Source of the DNA: Paenibacillus montaniterrae | GTDB lineage: Bacteria; Bacillota; Bacilli; Paenibacillales; Paenibacillaceae | Assembly (NCBI RefSeq): GCF_018403185.1 | Contig: NZ_BOSE01000012.1 | Span: 94,194 to 126,193 of the forward strand | Reading direction: 5' to 3' | DNA: 32,000 bases | Shown here: positions 25,048 through 32,000 of the stretch, one piece after another | Layout: every line of letters starts with the position of its first letter | How positions within the stretch are numbered: position 1 is the stretch's first letter | The notes under the pieces: generated by a model | Told to the model about the DNA's origin: nothing | What the model saw: only the letters and a program-made list of their open reading frames with translations | Databases searched by the model: none | Translations under genes and position numbers: made by a program

Positions 25048-25770
25048 ATGAATGTAATCGTTATAATTCAAGCAAGGATGGGATCTAAAAGACTACCTGG
25101 AAAAGTACTGAAAAAACTTGGAAGTACAGATGCTTTAAATTATTGTGTAAAGCGATGTAGCAAGATTAAAGGAGTTTCAGATGTAATTATTGCGACTTCA
25201 AACTTATCTCAAGATGATGCTATCGTTCAATGGTGCAAAACGTATAATGTCAAGTTCTTTCGAGGCTCTGAGGAAGATGTACTAGAAAGGTACGTTCAAT
25301 GCGCATGTACTTACAACCCCAAGTACGTGATACGTGTAACGGCTGATTGTCCGTTTGTAGACTATGAAATGGCTAGTGGTATAGTAGATTTTATTAAGCA
25401 GCAGCAGGTCGATATAGTAGATTTGGGAGCGACCTTGCCACGAGGCCTTGCGGTAGAAGCAATTTCCTACTCCGCCCTGCAATATATAGATCAGCATGGT
25501 CAGGAGCCGCGCCACCGCGAGCATGTGACCTACTATGCCTATGAATACAAAGATCAATTTACTAGAGCTACGTATCAACCGCCTAAAAATCGTTTGCATC
25601 CTGAGCTGCGCATTACACTGGATACAGAGGAAGATTACACGATGCTTGCTGCCGTAGCCCAGCATTTCAATGATCCGTATATACCCAGCAGCGAGGTCAT
25701 TAAGTACTTGCTTGAGCATCCTGAAATTGCTGCGTTAAATGCTCATGTGGAGCAAAAGCCAGTCATATGA
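25048..25770 (+). CDS. pseF: SpsF-type cytidylyltransferase, a putative CMP-nonulosonate (pseudaminic acid) synthetase
   Basis: MNVIVIIQARMGSKRLPGKVL and VIRVTADCPF are SpsF/acylneuraminate-cytidylyltransferase-family motifs. It is directly coupled to pseG. The start is ATG 25048; the ORF-track start at 25015 overlaps the HAD gene. Confidence 0.78.
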   Translation: MNVIVIIQARMGSKRLPGKVLKKLGSTDALNYCVKRCSKIKGVSDVIIATSNLSQDDAIVQWCKTYNVKFFRGSEEDVLERYVQCACTYNPKYVIRVTADCPFVDYEMASGIVDFIKQQQVDIVDLGATLPRGLAVEAISYSALQYIDQHGQEPRHREHVTYYAYEYKDQFTRATYQPPKNRLHPELRITLDTEEDYTMLAAVAQHFNDPYIPSSEVIKYLLEHPEIAALNAHVEQKPVI

Positions 25771-26753
25771 AGCAAGTATTAATAAGAACGGACGCTTCTA
25801 CTGCCATTGGCAGCGGGCATGTGATGCGGTGCCTGACAATAGCGAAGCATTTAAGGCGATTAGGCCATCATATACAGTTTTGGATGGAAATGCTGCCAGG
25901 TAATCTCATCGATTTGGTGCAGAGAGAAGGGTTTTCTGTAACAGAGCAGGAGATTGCTGTTGATCTGCTTATTGTAGATCATTATCAGCTGGACATAGAG
26001 TGGGAGCAAGCGATGCGGGCTGTGGCCAACAAAATCGTTGTTATTGACGATCTGGCTAATCGGCGCCATGACTGTGATTTACTGCTCGATCAAAATGTTG
26101 TTGCAGGCTATAAGCAGCGCTATGATCAATTGGTACCGGAGCATTGCATAAAGCTGCTTGGCCCTGCTTATTTAATTATGCGTGATGAATTTATTGAAGC
26201 TAGACAGCTTGCCGAGGTTCGTGATGGACATGTGCAGCGCCTGCTTGTATTTATGGGCGGCAGCGATCCAACTGGTGAAACGCTCAAGGTGCTGGATGCT
26301 TTAAGGCAAACTGCAACCAGCTTCAAGCATGTTGACATCGTGGTTGGCAGCAGCAATCCAAGTCGCGATTCAATAAAGCAGTATTGTGCAGAGCTGCAGC
26401 TTCATTATCATTGCCAAATTAACTATTTAGCGGAGCTAATGCGGCTTGCAGACTTTGCAATTGGAGCAGGCGGCTCGGCTATGTGGGAGCGCTGCTTTGT
26501 TGGCTTGCCGTCCTCAAGCACTGTGGTGGCGGACAATCAGCGTCTGACGACAGACAAGGCGACTGAGCTGGGAGCTATTATTCATTTGGGCTGGCACGAA
26601 GATGTCACTTCTGCCAGCTATTTGCGGCTATTGGATCAATTGCCGTTGCTTGGTGATCAGCTTGCAGCAATGAGCAGGCAAGGATTGACTATAACGGAAA
26701 GCCAGGGGAGTGCTAACGCTTGGCTTCAAGAAATGGTGGGGTTATTTGCGTGA
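25767..26753 (+). CDS. pseG: UDP-2,4-diacetamido-2,4,6-trideoxy-beta-L-altropyranose hydrolase PseG
   Basis: The N-terminus VLIRTDASTAIGSGHVMRCLTIAKHL, DHY and GGSD match the PseG/SpsG family pattern. At 328 aa it has no fused acetyltransferase domain. Confidence 0.87.
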   Translation: MKQVLIRTDASTAIGSGHVMRCLTIAKHLRRLGHHIQFWMEMLPGNLIDLVQREGFSVTEQEIAVDLLIVDHYQLDIEWEQAMRAVANKIVVIDDLANRRHDCDLLLDQNVVAGYKQRYDQLVPEHCIKLLGPAYLIMRDEFIEARQLAEVRDGHVQRLLVFMGGSDPTGETLKVLDALRQTATSFKHVDIVVGSSNPSRDSIKQYCAELQLHYHCQINYLAELMRLADFAIGAGGSAMWERCFVGLPSSSTVVADNQRLTTDKATELGAIIHLGWHEDVTSASYLRLLDQLPLLGDQLAAMSRQGLTITESQGSANAWLQEMVGLFA

Positions 26754-27796
26754 TTAAAATCGGACATAAGGAAATTGGACGTCATACAAAACCATTTATT
26801 ATCGCGGAAATGTCGGGCAATCATAATCAATCACTAGAGCGAGCGCTGCATTTGGTGGAGCTGGCGGCACAGGCCAGAGTCGATGCAGTTAAGCTGCAAA
26901 CCTATACGCCAGACACGATCACGCTCGATGTACATACAGGAGAATTTTTTATCTCCAATCAGGATGATTTGTGGAAAGGGCAATCACTGTACCAGTTGTA
27001 TCAAAAAGCGTACACGCCATGGGAGTGGCATAAGGCGATTTTTGACAAATGCAAGGAGCTTGGACTGTTGGCGTTTAGTTCTCCTTTCGATGAAACGGCA
27101 GTTGATTTCCTTGAAACGTTGGAAGTGCCTGCCTATAAGATTGCTTCATTTGAAAATGTAGATATTCCTTTAATCCGCAAGGTGGCAAAAACTGGGAAGC
27201 CCGTTATTATTTCTACAGGGATGGCTACTGCTGCAGAGCTTGATGAAGCAGTGCGTGCGGTTAGAGGCGAAGGAAACAACCAGCTTGTCCTGTTGAAATG
27301 TACAAGTACCTATCCAGCTACTCCAGAAAACTCAAATCTGGCTACTATCCCGCATATGGCTGAGCTGTTCCAAACACAGATTGGCTTATCCGACCATACG
27401 ATGGGGATTGGTGTTGCTGTAGCTGCTGTAACACTGGGCGCTACTGTCATTGAGAAGCATTTTACGACCTCGCGCGCAGAAGGCGGTGTAGATGCTGCTT
27501 TCTCGATGGAGCCGCATGAGCTGAAAATGCTGGTAGAAGAAACGGAACGGGCGTGGCTAAGCATTGGCCATGTGCAATACGGTCCAACCGAAGCAGAAAA
27601 GCCTTCTATTAAAAATAGAAGATCGCTATACATCGGCGAGGATATGAAGGCTGGCGATATTTTAACTGAACGCAGCCTGCGCAATGTGCGCCCAGGCTTG
27701 GGACTGGAAACGAAATATTATGATCTAGTGCTGGGCAAAGCTGTGAAAAAGGACGTCAAGAAAGGAACAGCATTGAGCTGGGATTTGCTGCTATGA
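26750..27796 (+). CDS. pseI: Pseudaminic acid synthase PseI (NeuB family)
   Basis: PFIIAEMSGNHNQSLERALHLVELAAQARVDAVKLQTY, YKIASFE, ISTGMAT, LLKCTSTYPA, LSDHT and the C-terminal SAF-like RSLY...AGDILT fit PseI. The likely GTG 26750 start overlaps the pseG stop (GTGA) and follows GGTGGGG. Confidence 0.92.
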   Translation: MIKIGHKEIGRHTKPFIIAEMSGNHNQSLERALHLVELAAQARVDAVKLQTYTPDTITLDVHTGEFFISNQDDLWKGQSLYQLYQKAYTPWEWHKAIFDKCKELGLLAFSSPFDETAVDFLETLEVPAYKIASFENVDIPLIRKVAKTGKPVIISTGMATAAELDEAVRAVRGEGNNQLVLLKCTSTYPATPENSNLATIPHMAELFQTQIGLSDHTMGIGVAVAAVTLGATVIEKHFTTSRAEGGVDAAFSMEPHELKMLVEETERAWLSIGHVQYGPTEAEKPSIKNRRSLYIGEDMKAGDILTERSLRNVRPGLGLETKYYDLVLGKAVKKDVKKGTALSWDLLL

Positions 27797-28938
27797 ACAA
27801 GCGACAATCATTTCTACCATATGGTCAGCAGTGGATCGAAGAGGACGATATTGCTGCAGTAATCGAGACACTTAAGTCTCCCTATTTAACGACGGGGCCG
27901 AAAATAGCCCAGTTTGAGCAGGCAGTAGCCGACTACGCAGGTGCAGCATATGCTGTAGCTTTTGCCAATGGTACGGCTGCTCTGCACGGAGCATGCTATG
28001 CTGCCGGTATTGCGGAAGGTGACGAGGTGATTACGACACCTATTACGTTTGCGGCAAGTGCCAATTGTGCGCGTTACTTTGGGGCAAGTATCGTATTTGC
28101 TGATATCGACGAAAAAACATACAATATTGACCCTGATCAACTGATTCGCAGCATAAGTCCGAAAACGAAGGCGATTGTGCCTGTAGATTTCACAGGTCAG
28201 CCTTGTGATATCGATACGATTATGGATATTGCCAAAAGGTATGGGCTCGTTGTCATTCAAGATGGAGCACACTCATTAGGTGCGGAGTATAAGGGGAAAA
28301 GAGTTGGCACTCAAGCGGATATGACGATGTTCAGCTTTCATCCTGTCAAGCCTGTTACGACGGCTGAGGGCGGAGTAATTGTAACAGATAACCCGGAATA
28401 TTATGAGAAGCTTAAGCTGTTTCGCACGCATGGGATCGCAACGACGACTTACGCCAAGGAGCAGGGAGATTGGTACTATGAGATGGTCGATCTTGGCTTC
28501 AACTATCGGATGACGGACTTGCAGGCAGCGCTTGGCATCTCACAAATGGGCAAGCTGCAGCAATTTATAGAGCGAAGACGAGAATTGGCAGCACTGTACA
28601 CTAAGCTGCTGCGTAATGTACGCGGCGTAACGCCACCTTATCAAGCGCCTGAAGCCCTTTCCGGCTGGCATTTGTATTCTGTTCAGCTAAACGAACAGGA
28701 GCTTGGCATGAGCCGCAAGCAAATTTTTGATCAAATGCGTTCAGCCAATATCGGTGTACATGTTCACTATATTCCTGTTTACTGGTTTCCGTACTATCAA
28801 AGATTAGGGTACGAAAAGGGACTGTGTCCAGTGGCTGAGAAGTGGTATGAAGGGGCATTGACGCTTCCGTTGTATCCGAAAATGACAGATCAGGATGTGC
28901 ACGAGGTAGTCGCTGTGCTAAAAAATATTATAGGTTAG
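27793..28938 (+). CDS. pseC: UDP-4-amino-4,6-dideoxy-N-acetyl-beta-L-altrosamine transaminase PseC
   Basis: FLPYGQQWIEEDDIAAVIETLKSPYLTTGPKIAQFE, NGTAALH, ITFAASAN, DGAHSLGA and FSFHPVKPVTTAEGG are PseC/DegT motifs including the PLP lysine. The ATGA start overlaps the upstream stop. Confidence 0.92.
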   Translation: MNKRQSFLPYGQQWIEEDDIAAVIETLKSPYLTTGPKIAQFEQAVADYAGAAYAVAFANGTAALHGACYAAGIAEGDEVITTPITFAASANCARYFGASIVFADIDEKTYNIDPDQLIRSISPKTKAIVPVDFTGQPCDIDTIMDIAKRYGLVVIQDGAHSLGAEYKGKRVGTQADMTMFSFHPVKPVTTAEGGVIVTDNPEYYEKLKLFRTHGIATTTYAKEQGDWYYEMVDLGFNYRMTDLQAALGISQMGKLQQFIERRRELAALYTKLLRNVRGVTPPYQAPEALSGWHLYSVQLNEQELGMSRKQIFDQMRSANIGVHVHYIPVYWFPYYQRLGYEKGLCPVAEKWYEGALTLPLYPKMTDQDVHEVVAVLKNIIG

Positions 28939-28950
28939 GAAGAAGCAAGC

Positions 28951-30276
28951 ATGAATGAGCGAGAGCAAATGAATACGCTTTTTGATCGGTTATTTCCGCT
29001 TCTCCGCAGCATTACAGGAGAAGGCTTGAGAGAGACGTTGTCTATTCTTAGTGAGCATGTGCCGCTTGAAATAGAAGAGGTTGCTTCAGGAACGAAGGTA
29101 TTCGACTGGACGATCCCTAAAGAATGGGTTTTGCGAGAAGCATGGATTAAAAATGAAGCCGGGCAAGACATTGTGAATGTGAAGCAGAGCAATCTTCATA
29201 TTTTAAACTACAGTGAGCCTGTCGATAAAATAGTAGATCTGGAGGAGCTAAAACAACATGTCTATACGATACCTCATTTGCCGCATGCCATTCCCTATGT
29301 CACTTCCTATTATAAGGAGCGTTGGGGCTTTTGCATGTCACATGAGCAGCTCAGCAGCTTGTCAGAGGGCAGCTACCATGTCTACATCGACAGCGAGAAG
29401 ATCGATGGTGGACTAAATTATGGACAAGCTGTGCTGCCTGGCAGAAGTGAGAAGGAAGTGCTCATCTCGACCTATGTCTGCCATCCTTCATTGGCAAACA
29501 ATGAGCTGAGTGGACCGATTGTGGCGGCATTTTTATACAACCGCATTAAGAAGTGGAAGGATAGAGAATTTACTTACCGCTTTGTATTTCATCCCGAAAC
29601 GATTGGCTCGATAGCTTACTTAGCTAAAAATGGCGAACACTTGAGGCAGCATGTTTATTCAGGCTGCGTCTTGACCTGTCTGGGCGGTAAGGATAAACCA
29701 TTGAATTATAAAATGGCGCGCAGCACTCAAGCGCCGCTTAATCGCTTGCTGGATTATTTAGTTGTCCATGAAAAGCGGGGCTATACGATTAGAGCTTTCT
29801 CGCCATTGAACGGCTCGGATGAACGCCAGTTTTGCTCGCCCGGCTTTAATTTGCCAGTGGGGCAATTTTCGCGAATGGTATACGGGCAATATCAAGGCTA
29901 TCATAATTCGTTGGACACGAAGGAAGCAATGACGATTGAAGCACTGCAGCAAAGCGTCGATGAAATTGAAGAAATATTAAAGCTGCAGGAGCTGGACGGC
30001 AAATATATCAATTTGAAGCCTTTTGGCGAGCCAATGCTTAGCCAATATGAGCTGTATCCCGATATTAATTCTCCAACAAGCTGGAAGGAATCCAATAGCA
30101 GAGTGATAGATAATCGGCAAATGCTGAACCAAATATTAATGACGTTGAATTATGGAGACGGCGAGCATTATTTGACCGACATTGCCAAAAAGCTGAACTA
30201 TCCTTTGCAAGACTATGAGCTAAGTACAAGAAAGCTAATCGAAGTAGGCCTGCTGCAAGGACCAATTCGAGATTAA
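28951..30276 (+). CDS. Aminopeptidase-like domain protein (COG4310 / DUF4910 family), function unknown
   Basis: The N-terminus LFDRLFPLLRSITGEGLRETLSIL...FDWTIPKEW and the central NNELSGPIVAAFLY are characteristic of this family. It recurs in polysaccharide and nonulosonate clusters. The protein is 441 aa. Confidence 0.78.
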   Translation: MNEREQMNTLFDRLFPLLRSITGEGLRETLSILSEHVPLEIEEVASGTKVFDWTIPKEWVLREAWIKNEAGQDIVNVKQSNLHILNYSEPVDKIVDLEELKQHVYTIPHLPHAIPYVTSYYKERWGFCMSHEQLSSLSEGSYHVYIDSEKIDGGLNYGQAVLPGRSEKEVLISTYVCHPSLANNELSGPIVAAFLYNRIKKWKDREFTYRFVFHPETIGSIAYLAKNGEHLRQHVYSGCVLTCLGGKDKPLNYKMARSTQAPLNRLLDYLVVHEKRGYTIRAFSPLNGSDERQFCSPGFNLPVGQFSRMVYGQYQGYHNSLDTKEAMTIEALQQSVDEIEEILKLQELDGKYINLKPFGEPMLSQYELYPDINSPTSWKESNSRVIDNRQMLNQILMTLNYGDGEHYLTDIAKKLNYPLQDYELSTRKLIEVGLLQGPIRD

Positions 30277-30292
30277 AGCGAGGTAAGCCGAT

Positions 30293-31090
30293 ATGAAAGT
30301 GATCATAATGACAGGTTCGCACCCAAGGCATTATTATGTAGCTGAGCAATTAATCAAGACAGGAAAAGTAGTTGGCTGTCTAATTGAGCATAGAGAGAGC
30401 TTTGTTCCTGATCCGCCAGCTTCATTAAATGATCAGGACAAGCAAAACTTTATTCGTCATTTCCATGATCGAGACCAGTCGGAGCGTGCGATGTTTCCTT
30501 CGACTATAACGATACCGGATAGCGTTTCCGTAAGAAACGTTACGATTGATCAGCTGAATAGCCCGGAAACGATCAAGTGGATGACTTCCCTTGAGGCAGA
30601 TGTGCTGATCAGCTATGGTGTGCATAAGTTAAGCAACGAGCTGTTGGCAGAAGCGCCTGAGTATGCATGGAATATTCATGGCGGGCTGTCTCCGTGGTAC
30701 CGCGGCACGACAACTCTATTTTGGCCATTTTATATGCTGCAGCCGAATTGGGCGGGGATGACCGTTCATAAGCTGACAGCCAAGCTGGATGCAGGAGATA
30801 TTTTGCATCATTCTGTCCCTGAGCTTAACTATGGTGACGGTATACACGATGTGGCTAATAAGGCGGTAAAGCAGGTTGCGGAGGATTTAAGCTACATATT
30901 AACGAACCTAAAGCTTGAGGAGCTCAGCTTTGTGCCGCAAAAATCAGCGGGCAAGCTGTTCTTATCTTCGGATTGGAAGCCAGAGCATTTAAGAGTGATC
31001 TATCAGCTTTTTGACAATAACATTGTAGATCGTTTTTTGGATGGAGAATTCCCTCGTACTGAGCCTCCTTTAGTACGAGCTTTTCATTGA
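30293..31090 (+). CDS. Formyltransferase-family protein (Fmt N-domain-like)
   Basis: WNIHGGLSPWYRGTTTLFW corresponds to the formyltransferase HxSLLPxxRG loop. The downstream MTVHKLTAKLDAGDIL corresponds to the xxD(T/A)GxI motif. The protein is 265 aa. Confidence 0.8.
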   Translation: MKVIIMTGSHPRHYYVAEQLIKTGKVVGCLIEHRESFVPDPPASLNDQDKQNFIRHFHDRDQSERAMFPSTITIPDSVSVRNVTIDQLNSPETIKWMTSLEADVLISYGVHKLSNELLAEAPEYAWNIHGGLSPWYRGTTTLFWPFYMLQPNWAGMTVHKLTAKLDAGDILHHSVPELNYGDGIHDVANKAVKQVAEDLSYILTNLKLEELSFVPQKSAGKLFLSSDWKPEHLRVIYQLFDNNIVDRFLDGEFPRTEPPLVRAFH

Positions 31091-31095
31091 TAAAT

Positions 31096-31143
31096 AATAG
31101 AAGCGAATACTGCGGCAGCAGCTGACGCTTCTATTTTATTTTT
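31096..31143 (+). terminator. Rho-independent terminator closing the glycosylation operon(s)
   Basis: AATAGAAGCG (31096-31105) pairs with CGCTTCTATT (31126-31135). The 20-nt loop can itself fold (CTGC/GCAG). It is followed by the T-rich sequence ttttatttttg. Confidence 0.75.
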
Positions 31144-31371
31144 GTAAATACTAAGCCCAGTTCCAACTCTATTCTGTACGTTGTAACAATTCGATGTAAA
31201 CATTTGTGACAAGAAAATTGTAGTTTATTTCATATTTTTGCTCGTTGCAAGCGTAAACGGGCTCTATCAGGGGTCAAAATAAAGGTGAAATTGAAAGTAC
31301 AAAGTTTATTGGAATTGTGCAAGACGACAAATGTTAATCTTGTTTTTATGAATTCGCTTACAACTATATCG

Positions 31372-31400
31372 TTGACATTTTGAACCAACCATTGTATAGT
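31372..31400 (+). promoter_or_regulatory. Sigma-A type promoter of the cold-shock gene
   Basis: TTGACA (31372-31377), a 17-nt spacer ending in TG, then TATAGT (31395-31400). This leaves a leader of about 55 nt before ATG 31462. Confidence 0.65.
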
Positions 31401-31461
31401 CAAATTGTGGGCCACATAATGCAGCCACACAGCATTTAAATGACGAAGGGAATGTTTGCAC

Positions 31462-31659
31462 ATGCAAGGAAAAGTAAAATGGTTTAATGCAGAAAAAGGA
31501 TACGGTTTCATCGAAACAGAACAAGGTGGCGATGTATTCGTACACTTCTCCGCTATCCAAACTGAAGGCTTCAAAACTCTAGAAGAAGGCCAAGCAGTTG
31601 AGTTCGATATCGTTGAAGGCGCACGCGGTCCACAAGCTGCAAACGTAGTTAAACTGTAA
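31462..31659 (+). CDS. Cold-shock protein (CspA/CspB family, 65 aa)
   Basis: [32 protein letters not shown] carries the RNP1 (KGYGFI) and RNP2 (VFVHF) motifs. The likely start is ATG 31462; the ORF-track start is TTG 31456. Confidence 0.95.
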   Translation: MQGKVKWFNAEKGYGFIETEQGGDVFVHFSAIQTEGFKTLEEGQAVEFDIVEGARGPQAANVVKL

Positions 31660-31697
31660 TTATACGGCTAATCAGCCTCTATTATAGTGATGATGTC

Positions 31698-31729
31698 AAA
31701 AATCCTCTCTTTTTAAGAGAGGATTTTTT
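31698..31729 (+). terminator. Rho-independent terminator after the cold-shock gene
   Basis: AAAAATCCTCTCTT-ttt-AAGAGAGGATTTTT is a perfect 14-bp stem including the A/T ends, with a T-run. Confidence 0.88.
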
Positions 31730-31804
31730 ATTTGGCACAGCATCGATCATTTGAACAGCTAATTTAATGTAAGCTTTTGTAGCATTTATAATAGGAGGAC
31801 ATGT

Positions 31805-32000
31805 ATGTTCGCACACGAGTGGAGCTGCGTCAAGAAGGAGACGCCTCGAATCGCTGTAGTTGGCAGCTTGAATATGGACCTGGTTGTAAGTGCCGCGGCA
31901 TTTCCACGAAAAGGCGAAACGATAACAGGACATGCCATTCACTATATTCCTGGTGGCAAAGGCGCCAATCAGGCGGTTGCTTGTGCCAGATTGGGTGCAA
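31805..32000 (+). CDS. rbsK: Ribokinase (PfkB family), 5' fragment running off the window; not in the supplied ORF track
   Basis: My own translation from ATG 31805, which lies 6 nt after GGAGG 31794-31798, gives MFAHEWSCVKKETPRIAVVGSLNMDLVVSAAAFPRKGETITGHAIHYIPGGKGANQAVACARLGA. The blocks VVGSLNMDLV and PGGKGANQAVA.ARLG are the ribokinase N-terminal signature. Confidence 0.8.
   Translation, partial: MFAHEWSCVKKETPRIAVVGSLNMDLVVSAAAFPRKGETITGHAIHYIPGGKGANQAVACARLGA

Noticed and set aside
25282-25719. 145-aa minus-strand ORF inside pseF, and similar antisense ORFs at 26168-26356, 27310-27684, 27886-28272 and 28601-28858
   Set aside because: All are antisense to well-supported pse genes in the higher-GC part, where long antisense ORFs arise by chance. 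I recognised no motifs in them.
25048-28938. Reassigning the nonulosonate genes to a legionaminic-acid (B. subtilis sps-like) pathway instead of pseudaminic acid
   Set aside because: PseB, PseC, PseG and PseI motifs fit the Pse set well, and PseB is nearly collinear with C. jejuni PseB as I recall it. SpsF/SpsG-type proteins are similar, though, and stereochemistry cannot be read from sequence by eye. I kept the Pse call with this caveat.
31230-31574. 114-aa and 84-aa minus-strand ORFs across the csp promoter and 5' coding region
   Set aside because: They overlap the strong TTGACA/TATAGT promoter and the conserved cold-shock CDS on the opposite strand. They have a low-complexity, Cys-rich composition and no RBS.
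31682-31942. 86-aa minus-strand ORF after the csp gene
   Set aside because: It spans the csp terminator hairpin and is antisense to the clear ribokinase N-terminus (PGGKGANQAVA) that I translated on the + strand.

Overview
All supported genes are on the + strand, and many are translationally coupled through ATGA, TAATG or GTGA overlaps. The gene order and protein sequences look like Bacillales, possibly Paenibacillus-like, but I could not verify this. The window has four parts. (1) 1-6747 is a late flagellar block: flgM-flgN-flgK-flgL-fliW-csrA-flaG-fliD-fliS plus a fliT-like gene. (2) 6759-8657 is a tandem duplication of a complete flagellin unit. Each copy has a sigma-D-type promoter, a leader with two CsrA-type sites, a short flagellin CDS of about 270 aa, and its own terminator. 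(3) 8696-31090 is a flagellin glycosylation island of about 22 kb with 22 genes. It starts with a third sigma-D-type promoter and a small unknown ORF coupled to a Maf (DUF115) transferase. It holds a pseudaminic-acid-type set (pseB, then pseF/G/I/C), an enterobacterial-common-antigen-like dTDP-4-amino-4,6-dideoxyhexose set (rmlA, rmlB, a WecE-like transaminase, a WecF-like GT56), a GT2-TPR protein and a GT4-like protein. It also holds a five-gene module of ATP-grasp, amidohydrolase-2, RraA-like aldolase, methyltransferase and class-I aminotransferase. The remaining genes are a second ATP-grasp, a HAD hydrolase, an aminopeptidase-like (COG4310/DUF4910) protein and a formyltransferase. I saw no N-acetyltransferase, membrane protein, flippase, integrase or transposase in it. 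(4) 31372-32000 holds a cold-shock protein gene with its own sigma-A promoter and terminator, and the 5' end of a ribokinase gene that is missing from the ORF track. The points most worth follow-up are the predicted unusual acylated amino-sugar chemistry, the absence of PseH/WecD-type acetyltransferases, a sharp base-composition break inside pseF that suggests cassette exchange, and uneven divergence between the two flagellin copies. All family assignments come from reading motifs by eye; no database search was run.
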